64,000 nt of DNA from Candidatus Omnitrophota bacterium (GTDB lineage Bacteria; Omnitrophota; Omnitrophia; Omnitrophales; Aquincolibacteriaceae): assembly GCA_903884815.1 (NCBI GenBank), contig CAISGE010000002.1, positions 45,955-109,954 of the forward strand. The letters are read 5' to 3'. The notes beneath the pieces were generated by a model. The model had not been told where the DNA came from and made no database searches. It saw only the letters and a program-made list of their open reading frames with translations. This document shows, piece after piece, positions 11,494 to 19,328 of the stretch. How positions within the stretch are numbered: position 1 is the stretch's first letter; every line of letters starts with the position of its first letter. Made by a program: the position numbers and the translations under genes.

Positions 11494-12465
11494 ATGGGGA
11501 AAATATTCTCTTTCTTTAATCAAAAAGGTGGTGTTGGAAAAACAACGTCTGTCGTGAACATAGCCGCCGTTATAGCCGCTTTTGGAAAGAAGGTTCTTCT
11601 TATAGATCTAGATTCGCAAGGTAATGCAACAAGCGGACTTGGAATAGAGAAAAACGAGAATGAATCCACAGCTTATCAACTTCTTGTGGAAAACTCTGAT
11701 CCAAACGAAAGCATCAAAAAAACAGAGATTGAAAACCTTTCTATCGTCCCATCGAATGCCCATCTTTCCGGAGCGGAAATGCATTTGATAAGCCGCGATC
11801 AGAGGGAGTTCGTTCTTCGAGAGCAATTAAAAAAGATAAGCGGGAGCTATGATTTTATCCTCTTGGACTGCCCGCCATCGCTTGGACTGACAAGCATAAA
11901 TGCTTTAACATCAAGCGATTACATTATTATTCCTCTCCAGTGCGAGTATTACGCCTTGGAGGGTCTTGGCCAACTCCTGAATACATTTCAGCTTGTCAAA
12001 AAAAATCTTAGCGTGAATCTTGAGCTCGGGGGCGTGATTCTGACGATGGCGGATATCAGGACCAATCTGACGCAGCAGGTGATCGAGGAAGTCCGGAACT
12101 ATTTCAAAGAAAAAGTATTTCAGGCAGTTATTCCGAGGTCTGTGAAGCTTTCTGAGGCGCCAAGCTTTGGAAAGCCAGCCGTGATTTATGACCCTCATAA
12201 TAGAGGCTCGCAGGCTTATGTCGAGCTTGGGAAAGAATTTTTGGTGCGCTTTGGCTCCGACGAAGATCGTCAAAAGATCTCCGAGAAAGGGGCGGAAGCC
12301 TTTACAGTCAAATCTGTTACGCCCGAATCCAACGAAACGAAATCAGAAGAAACAAAAACGGTTACAAGCGAGACTACCGTTGAAACGGTAACTTCCGACA
12401 ACGGGACCGAGGCGGAGCCCCAAGCTGCAAGTGAAACCTCGTCTACCACACCCACAAATTCTTAA
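11494..12465 (+). CDS. parA: Chromosome partitioning ATPase ParA/Soj, with an unusual Ser/Thr/Glu-rich C-terminal tail of about 70 aa.
   Basis: An ATG at 11494 follows a ggagg RBS. The protein begins MGKIFSFFNQKGGVGKTT (deviant Walker A) and shows the ParA core to about residue 255. The tail reads SDEDRQKISEKGAEAFTVKSVTPESNETKSEETKTVTSETTVETVTSDNGTEAEPQAASETSSTTPTNS. The track ORF start at 11434 is upstream of the parS site and is unlikely to be real. Confidence 0.9.
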   Translation: MGKIFSFFNQKGGVGKTTSVVNIAAVIAAFGKKVLLIDLDSQGNATSGLGIEKNENESTAYQLLVENSDPNESIKKTEIENLSIVPSNAHLSGAEMHLISRDQREFVLREQLKKISGSYDFILLDCPPSLGLTSINALTSSDYIIIPLQCEYYALEGLGQLLNTFQLVKKNLSVNLELGGVILTMADIRTNLTQQVIEEVRNYFKEKVFQAVIPRSVKLSEAPSFGKPAVIYDPHNRGSQAYVELGKEFLVRFGSDEDRQKISEKGAEAFTVKSVTPESNETKSEETKTVTSETTVETVTSDNGTEAEPQAASETSSTTPTNS

Positions 12466-12500
12466 ACGCGAAACGTTCTATATAAGGAAGGAGCCTTCTC

Positions 12501-13448
12501 ATGAAAAAAGCACTCGGCAGGGGATTGAGCGCGTTGATCCCGGACAGTTACAAAGAGCAGATGGTCGCGGAGAGAAAAGAAGCTCCGGCCGCCACCGTGA
12601 CGCTTAACGCGGAGCCGGAGGTTTCCATCACGGCGCCGGTCTTTGACGCGAAAACGCAGGCTTTTCAGCTGATACCGATCGCGCAGATCGCAACGAACGC
12701 GGATCAGCCGCGCAAAAATTTCAATACCGAAACTATCGAGGAGCTCGCGAATTCGATCCGAGAGAAGGGCGTGCTCCAGCCGATCATCGTTAAAAAGAAA
12801 GAAAGCGGAGGATACGAGATCGTCTGTGGGGAGAGGCGATTTCGCGCAGCATCGCTCTGCGGTCTCACCGAAGTACCCGCGATCATTAAGGATATTGCCG
12901 CTGAAGATTTTCTGGAATGGGCGCTCATCGAAAATATTCAGCGGGAAGATCTGAATCCGATCGAAGAAGCCGAGGCTTATCAGCGGCTCGTGGAAGAGCG
13001 CAGGATCTCTCAAGAGGAGGTCGCGAAGCGCGTCGGCAAGAACCGCGTCACAGTGACAAATACCATGCGACTGCTGCGCCTGCCGCAGGAAGTGAAGCAG
13101 TCTTTGGTCGAGGGAAATCTCTCGGCGGGGCACGCCCGGGCGCTCCTGGGTCTTCTGACGCCGGAGCACCAGCGGCATATGGCGAAACGGATTGCCGAGG
13201 AGAATCTCTCGGTGCGCCAGGTCGAAGCCATTGTGAACCGGAGCAACGCGCATAAACGGAAAGCCAAGACCGCGCGGCATTTAAGCGCCGACATCGTGGA
13301 CCTTGAAACGAGGCTCACGCATTTTCTCGGGACGCAGGCGAAAATTTATCCGCGCAAGAATCAAAAAGAAGGCCGCATCGAGATCCAGTATTTTTCTCTC
13401 GACGATCTCGATCGCGTACTCCAGAAGATCGGTTTGCCGCGAGGCTGA
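12501..13448 (+). CDS. parB: Chromosome partitioning protein ParB/Spo0J.
   Basis: The protein starts MKKALGRGLSALIP (the ParB N-terminal box), carries the GERRFRAA box (CGERRFRAASLCGL), an HTH (QEEVAKRVGKNRVTVTNTMRLLRLP) and a C-terminal dimerisation region. Confidence 0.9.
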   Translation: MKKALGRGLSALIPDSYKEQMVAERKEAPAATVTLNAEPEVSITAPVFDAKTQAFQLIPIAQIATNADQPRKNFNTETIEELANSIREKGVLQPIIVKKKESGGYEIVCGERRFRAASLCGLTEVPAIIKDIAAEDFLEWALIENIQREDLNPIEEAEAYQRLVEERRISQEEVAKRVGKNRVTVTNTMRLLRLPQEVKQSLVEGNLSAGHARALLGLLTPEHQRHMAKRIAEENLSVRQVEAIVNRSNAHKRKAKTARHLSADIVDLETRLTHFLGTQAKIYPRKNQKEGRIEIQYFSLDDLDRVLQKIGLPRG

Positions 13449-13493
13449 CGCTCGAATCCGTCTGAAAGAAAAAACGTTACGAAAGAGCCGCGT

Positions 13494-14897
13494 ATGAACC
13501 CGCAGCGCGAATACCGATTCTTGGAGCAGACGCTCAGCCTGTGCCCGCAGTGTTTGATGCGCGTGGATGCGAAGATCGTTCTCAAGAAAAACTCTGTTTA
13601 TCTCTTGAAATTCTGTCCCGTCCATGGCCCCCAGGAGGAGATCCTGGAAAAAGACGGCGATTACTATCTGCAACGAATGAAATACGACAAGCCCGCCACG
13701 GTTTCCAAAACACAAACGGAGCGAACGCTCGGCTGTCCTTTTGACTGTGGGTTATGCCCCGAGCACGAACAACACACCTGTAACGGACTTATCGAAATTA
13801 CAAGCGAGTGTGATCTGAAGTGCCCGGTCTGCTATGCGGAGAGCGGCCAGGGGAGGCACCTTGCCCTGGAAAAGATCGATTCCATGCTGGATTTTTTTGT
13901 TGACTCCGAATTTGGCGGGGCCGAAATCCTTCAGATCAGCGGTGGGGAACCGACAAGACATCCCGATATTCTCGAGATCCTCCGACGGGCGAAGGAGAAG
14001 AAGATCAAATATGTGCTGCTCAACACGAACGGCCTTCGCATGGCGGAAGATGAGGCTTTTGTCAAAGAGCTGAGCCGGTTCATCGGCGGGTTCGAAGTCT
14101 ATTTCCAGTTCGATGGGTTTGATCCCAAAACCGATCAACGACTCAGGGGCAGAAAGGTTTCCGAACTTAAGCAGGCAGCGATTCAGCGCCTCGAGCAATA
14201 CGGGATCCCCGTCACGCTGGTGACGACGGTGGATGCGGGCGTGAACGACCATGAGATCGGGCGGATCCTCGAATATGGCATCCGGGCAAAAAATATACGA
14301 GGCATCAATTTTCAGCCGGTCGCCTTTTTCGGACGCCACCACGAGGCGGTCACAGAAGGGCGCGCCACTCTCTCCGGGATCCTCGAAGAGATCGAGAAGC
14401 AAAGCAAGGGGATGCTTCTTAAAAAAGATTTTTTTCCGTTGCCCTGCGATGTCGACCGCGTTGCGATCACCTATCTCTACAAGACAAAAAAAGGTTTCGT
14501 TCCACTGACGCGAAATTTTAAAGCCGAAAAACACCTGCCCATGATCCGGAACACGTTTCGCTTCGATCCAGACGATTTTTTAAAGGATCTGGCCAAAAAC
14601 ATTTTCTCCACAAGCTGTTGTGATTATCTGGGATTTTTTTCCAAACTTCGGAAACTTATCCCCCAAAATTATTTTCTAAAAACAGAGCAGGAAAAAGTCG
14701 CCTACGTGAGCGAAAACACTTTCAGGGTCAGCGTCACTTCGTTTCTCGACGCCTATAATTTCGACATGAAGTCGATGAAGAAAGAATGCGTGCACATCAT
14801 CACTCCGGACCTGAAAAAGATCCCGTTCTCGGCGTATAACATTCTCTATCGTAACCGCAAAACTGAAGCCGAGACGGTTCCGGAGAAAAAACAATGA
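13494..14897 (+). CDS. Radical SAM enzyme (467 aa) with an N-terminal Cys4 ribbon and an extra CX3CX2C cluster. It may belong to the Tes/GDGT-MAS-like lipid C-C synthase family.
   Basis: The radical-SAM signature is CDLKCPVCY (CX3CX2C) followed by the GGEP glycine motif (ISGGEPTRHPDI). A second CX3CX2C (CPFDCGLCPEHEQHTC) lies upstream of it. An N-terminal Cys ribbon CPQC...(17)...CPVHG resembles rubredoxin. There is no SPASM or twitch tail. The family-level call is an inference. Confidence 0.8.
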   Translation: MNPQREYRFLEQTLSLCPQCLMRVDAKIVLKKNSVYLLKFCPVHGPQEEILEKDGDYYLQRMKYDKPATVSKTQTERTLGCPFDCGLCPEHEQHTCNGLIEITSECDLKCPVCYAESGQGRHLALEKIDSMLDFFVDSEFGGAEILQISGGEPTRHPDILEILRRAKEKKIKYVLLNTNGLRMAEDEAFVKELSRFIGGFEVYFQFDGFDPKTDQRLRGRKVSELKQAAIQRLEQYGIPVTLVTTVDAGVNDHEIGRILEYGIRAKNIRGINFQPVAFFGRHHEAVTEGRATLSGILEEIEKQSKGMLLKKDFFPLPCDVDRVAITYLYKTKKGFVPLTRNFKAEKHLPMIRNTFRFDPDDFLKDLAKNIFSTSCCDYLGFFSKLRKLIPQNYFLKTEQEKVAYVSENTFRVSVTSFLDAYNFDMKSMKKECVHIITPDLKKIPFSAYNILYRNRKTEAETVPEKKQ

Positions 14898-15502
14898 CGC
14901 TGCTCGAGGTTTTTTATGCGGGGATCAGCCTTCTCGTGGCGCTTTCCGTTTTTGCCGTTCTTACGGCTGTTCTTATCGATTTCATAGAAATCCATAAAAA
15001 AAGCCAGACCAAAAAAGAAAAAAAGAGCATCGTCGCCACGGGAACCATGCTTCTTTTTTTCCTGCTCTTTTATGCGGTGATCCGGCTTCGTCTGGGGCAG
15101 GTGCCGGTGAATCCGCCGTCCTTAAGGATGTGTTTTGTTTTGGCGGGGCTGGCCCTTGTCATTACAGGGGCGATCACGAATATTCTGGGGCGTTTGGCCC
15201 TGGGGAGAAATTGGGCGAACCATATCAAGATCTACAGCGACCACGCTCTGGTGTCGGGAGGCGCGTACAAAATCGTCAGGCATCCTCTTTACGCGTCGCT
15301 CATCTGGATGTTCTTGGGGGCCAGCCTGGTCTATCTTAACTATCTGGCGTTTTTGGCGAACGCAATTATTTTTGTTCCGTTTATGTATTACCGGGCCAAA
15401 CAGGAGGAAGATCTTCTGTCCAAAGAATTCGAAGAATATAAGGATTATCAAAAAAATGTCGGAATGTTTTTCCCCAAAATATTCAGGAGGACGAAAACGT
15501 GA
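14894..15502 (+). CDS. Integral membrane methyltransferase of the ICMT/PEMT family.
   Basis: The 202 aa protein has several transmembrane segments and the family motifs LVSGGAYKIVRHPLYASLIWMFLG plus a C-terminal EEDLLSKEFEEYKDYQKNV region. Its start overlaps the radical-SAM stop (ATGA). Confidence 0.6.
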   Translation: MTLLEVFYAGISLLVALSVFAVLTAVLIDFIEIHKKSQTKKEKKSIVATGTMLLFFLLFYAVIRLRLGQVPVNPPSLRMCFVLAGLALVITGAITNILGRLALGRNWANHIKIYSDHALVSGGAYKIVRHPLYASLIWMFLGASLVYLNYLAFLANAIIFVPFMYYRAKQEEDLLSKEFEEYKDYQKNVGMFFPKIFRRTKT

Positions 15503-15945
15503 TCCCTTCCAAGCCTGTGTCTGTGCTCAAGCACGCGTTTATTTTTTGCCGCTATGGCGTCGCGGTGTTGATCTGGGCCGCGTTTTTTATGAAGCTTAAA
15601 TGGCTGATGGCAGCCGTCTTTGCGATTTTGTTTCTTTCCGCGCTTCTGAAGGTTGGGAGAGCTCCGATGATCCTTCTTTACTCCCACACGATTAACAAGA
15701 TTTTTCGTTCGGAACACTATGAGGTGCTCAACGAAAACGCCATGAGGTTCGCGCACGTCCTTGGGAGCGCTCTGAGCCTGGCCTGTGTTCTGACGCTTTA
15801 TTTTTTTAACGAAAGGACGGGCTGGGTGATGGTATTCTTTTTTGCGATCCTGAAAACGATCTCTGCGCTTGGATTTTGTCCGGCTTCCAAGCTTTTTGAT
15901 TGCGCCACAAGCGGTTCTTGCTGCTCGTTCCTTAAAAAATCATGA
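15499..15945 (+). CDS. Small polytopic membrane protein with a C-terminal Cys-rich motif. It may be DUF4395-like.
   Basis: The 148 aa protein has four predicted transmembrane segments. Its C-terminus reads GFCPASKLFDCATSGSCCSFLKK. It is translationally coupled to its upstream and downstream neighbours. Confidence 0.45.
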   Translation: MIPSKPVSVLKHAFIFCRYGVAVLIWAAFFMKLKWLMAAVFAILFLSALLKVGRAPMILLYSHTINKIFRSEHYEVLNENAMRFAHVLGSALSLACVLTLYFFNERTGWVMVFFFAILKTISALGFCPASKLFDCATSGSCCSFLKKS

Positions 15946-16712
15946 CCGATCCGCATGTTTATCCGGCAGGCTGGGGGATTAAGCCGGTCTTGTTTCATCT
16001 GGGAGCCGTGGAGGTCCCATCGTACTCTTTTTTTGTGCTGCTGGGGCTTGTGGCCGGGCTCACAGTGTATTTCCGTGAAGCCAAGCAGCAGAAGGACTTG
16101 GGGGAGCGCTCCTTTTTCATTATCGCGGGCTCTTTGATCGGCGGGATGCTTGGCGCCAAGGGTTTGGAGTGGGCGATCAACTATCCTGAGATTCTGGATC
16201 GCGGGTTGGCTGCCGACTTTCTTTTGAACGGAAAGACGATCATCGGCGGATTGATCGGAGGGATGCTCGGCGCGAACATCACCAAAAAGTTGCTGGGGAT
16301 CAAAACGAAGAAGGGGAATTTGATCGCCCCGGGCATCGCCTTGGGCGTCGCGGTCGGGAGGCTCGGGTGTTTTCTCCACGGCTGTTGTTACGGAAAGCCG
16401 ACCTCTTTGCCCTGGGGCGTGGATTTTGGGGATCATGTTCTCCGGCATCCGACGCAACTTTACGAGGGCCTTTTCATGCTCGGGATGTTTTTCTACCTGG
16501 AGAGGATCAAAGTCCGGCCGGGGCTGAAACCCGGAGAACTTTTTAAGATCCTGATGATCGCTTATTTCATTTTTCGATTTCTGATCGAATTTATCCGGGT
16601 CGAGAAAGCGGCCTTTTGGGGGCTGACCGTTTTCCAGGTTATCGCCCTGGGCGTCCTGGCTTATTTGTTGAAAGATAACCTCAGGAGGACAGAAACTCAT
16701 GGCGGAAAATAA
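15942..16712 (+). CDS. lgt: Prolipoprotein diacylglyceryl transferase (Lgt family), a Cys-rich variant.
   Basis: Motifs include the Lgt signature RHPTQLYE and GVAVGRLGCFLHGCCYGKPTSLPWGVDFGD, which corresponds to E. coli GAGRLGNFINGELWGR. The topology fits Lgt. Its start overlaps the upstream stop (ATGA). Confidence 0.75.
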   Translation: MTDPHVYPAGWGIKPVLFHLGAVEVPSYSFFVLLGLVAGLTVYFREAKQQKDLGERSFFIIAGSLIGGMLGAKGLEWAINYPEILDRGLAADFLLNGKTIIGGLIGGMLGANITKKLLGIKTKKGNLIAPGIALGVAVGRLGCFLHGCCYGKPTSLPWGVDFGDHVLRHPTQLYEGLFMLGMFFYLERIKVRPGLKPGELFKILMIAYFIFRFLIEFIRVEKAAFWGLTVFQVIALGVLAYLLKDNLRRTETHGGK

Positions 16713-17013
16713 TGAGATCAAAAAAGAAAACGAGGGAAGTTTTCTCGGGGGATTCTTTATAGGATTTTCGATCGTGTGTGGCTGCGGTATTTTGTACTTT
16801 TTCCCCAGCATGTGGCCGACCCATCATTTCTCCAAGATGTTTTTTTTATCAGCCGCTGAGCTCAGCGCGCTGGCAGGGCTCGTGGCATATGCTACGGGAA
16901 GAAAAAAGTTAGCACGCGGCATGGCGGTTGGCTTTGCAGGCGGCATTATAGTCTTTCCCCTTACCATTCCTTTTATTCTTCTGGGGGGATGCCTCTTGGC
17001 GGGGAGCCGTTGA
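16699..17013 (+). CDS. Small two-TM membrane protein, paralog 1 of 3.
   Basis: The C-terminal half (GRKKLARGMAVGFAGGIIVFPLTIPFILLGGCLLAG) is shared with the next two ORFs. Confidence 0.5.
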   Translation: MAENNEIKKENEGSFLGGFFIGFSIVCGCGILYFFPSMWPTHHFSKMFFLSAAELSALAGLVAYATGRKKLARGMAVGFAGGIIVFPLTIPFILLGGCLLAGSR

Positions 17014-17083
17014 GTTCAGGTGCGGGGAACCCCGGGAGCTTCGGCATATTTACGGCAAGACAAACTTCGGCGGGAAAAGGCGT

Positions 17084-17365
17084 ATGCAGAAAATGAAGGA
17101 TCACAAAACAGAAGGCGCGGAGGCCTTCATAATCGCTTTGGGTGCGGCATTCCTTGTGGAAAGTTTTCTCGGGGTTTTCGGGATGATGGCGGTTGTCAAA
17201 ATGACCGCACCCATGAGGGTTTACATGCTTTTCGGCGTGCCCGCTTTGACAGCGGCACTCTTTTTTTGGAAAGGGAGAAAAAAAGTAGCCATGGGGATCT
17301 TGGTTGGCGCCTTAGCGCCCTTCATTGTTTTCGGAGGTTGCTTGTTGGCGTTCGTAGTCGGTTGA
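17084..17365 (+). CDS. Small two-TM membrane protein, paralog 2 of 3.
   Basis: It carries the shared C-terminal motif FFWKGRKKVAMGILVGALAPFIVFGGCLLAFVVG. Confidence 0.5.
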   Translation: MQKMKDHKTEGAEAFIIALGAAFLVESFLGVFGMMAVVKMTAPMRVYMLFGVPALTAALFFWKGRKKVAMGILVGALAPFIVFGGCLLAFVVG

Positions 17366-17482
17366 AAGGGTTTATTGGATGATAGACCGCGACGGGGCCC
17401 AGCATTTCACGCAGGAGGTAGATCAGGACTAAAACTCGCTACGTCATTTATTCAGGAGAAACTCAAAAGAGGAACGACTTAA

Positions 17483-17776
17483 ATGGAAGACGACAAAAAG
17501 CCCCTCGCGGTAAGAATCGCGATTTTTATTGGTGGGTGGGCAGTGGGTTTTGCGCTGGCGTGCGTCTGCATCTTTTCGGGACTGGGTCTTATCATTAATG
17601 CAACCCCCCGCGCCGATCTCTATGGCGCCATTAAACTACTCTCTGCTTCCGTGGGGTTTGCAGGGCTCGTGGGTTGGGCTTTTTGGAAAGGGCAAAAAAT
17701 ACTGGCGCTTGGAGTGATCCTTGGGGCTATAGCACCCTTTCTTGCTTTGGGAGCATGCTCCATGGCGATTCGTTGA
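17483..17776 (+). CDS. Small two-TM membrane protein, paralog 3 of 3.
   Basis: It carries the shared C-terminal motif AFWKGQKILALGVILGAIAPFLALGACSMAIR. A GC hairpin (gggccggcgaaggccc, 17777-17792) follows its stop. Confidence 0.5.
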   Translation: MEDDKKPLAVRIAIFIGGWAVGFALACVCIFSGLGLIINATPRADLYGAIKLLSASVGFAGLVGWAFWKGQKILALGVILGAIAPFLALGACSMAIR

Positions 17777-17991
17777 GGGCCGGCGAAGGCCCCACCCGCG
17801 CCCGGCTCGCGAGCCGAGCACGCATAAGGGCGCGAACAGAGAACCGCTTCAAGAGAAAAGGGCCTTTACAGAAGTCCCGGGCGCTATGCTATAATTCGCG
17901 GCCTATAGCGATGCTTTTTTAGCGCGCCATCATAAAAAGAAGTTGTTCCTCGCGGAGCCGGTCAACGCCTTTCAAACGAAGGGAATTCCGT

Positions 17992-19287
17992 ATGTCGAAA
18001 AGTTTTTGGGCGAAGGGTTTTTCCATTCTTTTAACAATCTTTGTTTTGGCCGGCTGCGGTTCACCGGTTGAAACGGGAGCGAAGGGCGTCACGGAAGTGA
18101 AGGTCAGTTTTTGGGGGACGCCCGAAGAGATTGGCATTATTACCGAAGCCCTCGCGCCATGGCAGACCGCACATCCCGAGATCAAGATCGTTTTCGAGCA
18201 TACGCCTTATACCGGCTACATCAGCAAAGTCCTGACCCGCATCGCGGGAGGCGCGGCCCCCGATATTATCGCCACGGAAGTCGATTATTTCGTGACGTTC
18301 GCGACAAAAGGAGTTTTGGAGGATCTGAACCCATATGTGATCTCGGATCCGGCGGGCTTCGACAAAGCGGATTTCTTCCCGCAAATCGTTGACAGGTTCA
18401 CATATCAGGGAAAATTCCTCGCGGCGCCGCGGGATATCGCGCCGTTTGCCTGCGTCTTCTATAATAAAAAAGTTTTTGATCAGGCGAATCTCCCTTACCC
18501 GACCGATGACTGGAATTGGAGCGACATGTTGCGTCTCGCGCGCGAGCTGACCAAAAAAGACGCTTCCGGTCGCGTGGAGCAATACGGATTTTATACCTGG
18601 GCATGGCAGAACTTTCTTTATGGCAATGGCGGCGGCCTCGTGGATAACGTGCAGAACCCCACAAAGACGATGATGGATGATGACCGCTCCATCATGGGCC
18701 TCCAGTTTTATTCGGATCTGAGCAATCTTTATGAGTCGATGCCGACTCCGACTGCGTTCACGAATTTCGGGATGGGCGCGGACCGGATGTTCGCTAACGG
18801 TCGCATCGCCATGTTCCTCTCGGGGATCTGGGAAACGCCACAGTTCCGCAATTACGATTTTGAATGGGACGTCGTGATGTTTCCTAAGAATGATAAAGGC
18901 GTTCGGGCCTTCGGGACGGGGGGGACCGGATACGCGATACTGAAATCTTCCAAGCATAAGAAAGCGGCGTGGGAAGTGATCAAGGCTCTCACCGGGCCTG
19001 AAGGACAAAGGGAGTTCGCCCGCAGGGGTCTTGCCCAACCCGCGCGCATGTCCGTGGCAAAAAGCGACGCGTTTGCGGATGACAAGTCCGTGCCCCGGAA
19101 CAAGAAAATGTTGAATGAAGCGGTTCAGTATGCCGTGTTTAGCCCCTTCCATCCCAAGTGGCGCGAGATCGAAGAAAAATATATCCGCCCCCAGCTCGAC
19201 CTCGTTTTTAACGGGAAGAAAAGCGCCGCGGAGGTCGCCAAAGAATTGGCCCCCGAGGTGAACGCCCAGCTGAAGCGAGACGAATAA
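17992..19287 (+). CDS. ABC transporter sugar-binding lipoprotein (family 1 extracellular solute-binding protein).
   Basis: A signal peptide with lipobox LAGC|GS precedes a roughly 400 aa periplasmic binding-protein fold with a typical sugar-SBP composition (WGTPEEIG..., FYNKKVFDQANLPYPTDDWNWSDM). No permease genes are adjacent. Confidence 0.7.
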   Translation: MSKSFWAKGFSILLTIFVLAGCGSPVETGAKGVTEVKVSFWGTPEEIGIITEALAPWQTAHPEIKIVFEHTPYTGYISKVLTRIAGGAAPDIIATEVDYFVTFATKGVLEDLNPYVISDPAGFDKADFFPQIVDRFTYQGKFLAAPRDIAPFACVFYNKKVFDQANLPYPTDDWNWSDMLRLARELTKKDASGRVEQYGFYTWAWQNFLYGNGGGLVDNVQNPTKTMMDDDRSIMGLQFYSDLSNLYESMPTPTAFTNFGMGADRMFANGRIAMFLSGIWETPQFRNYDFEWDVVMFPKNDKGVRAFGTGGTGYAILKSSKHKKAAWEVIKALTGPEGQREFARRGLAQPARMSVAKSDAFADDKSVPRNKKMLNEAVQYAVFSPFHPKWREIEEKYIRPQLDLVFNGKKSAAEVAKELAPEVNAQLKRDE

Positions 19288-19328
19288 ACGATCTCTTTTT
19301 TAAAATTATACAAGGAGCTCCCGCACCC

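Noticed and set aside
12462-13280. A 272 aa minus-strand ORF across parB. Other long antisense ORFs of the same kind include 15798-16811, 18061-19152, 22175-22855, 27351-28289, 34457-35257, 39200-39958, 41863-42606, 42717-43532, 44387-45349, 46777-47544, 47736-48866, 55678-56409 and 61327-61929.
   Set aside because: Each lies opposite a gene with strong conserved motifs on the other strand. All are Arg/Pro/Gly-rich with no recognisable domains. They are shadow ORFs.
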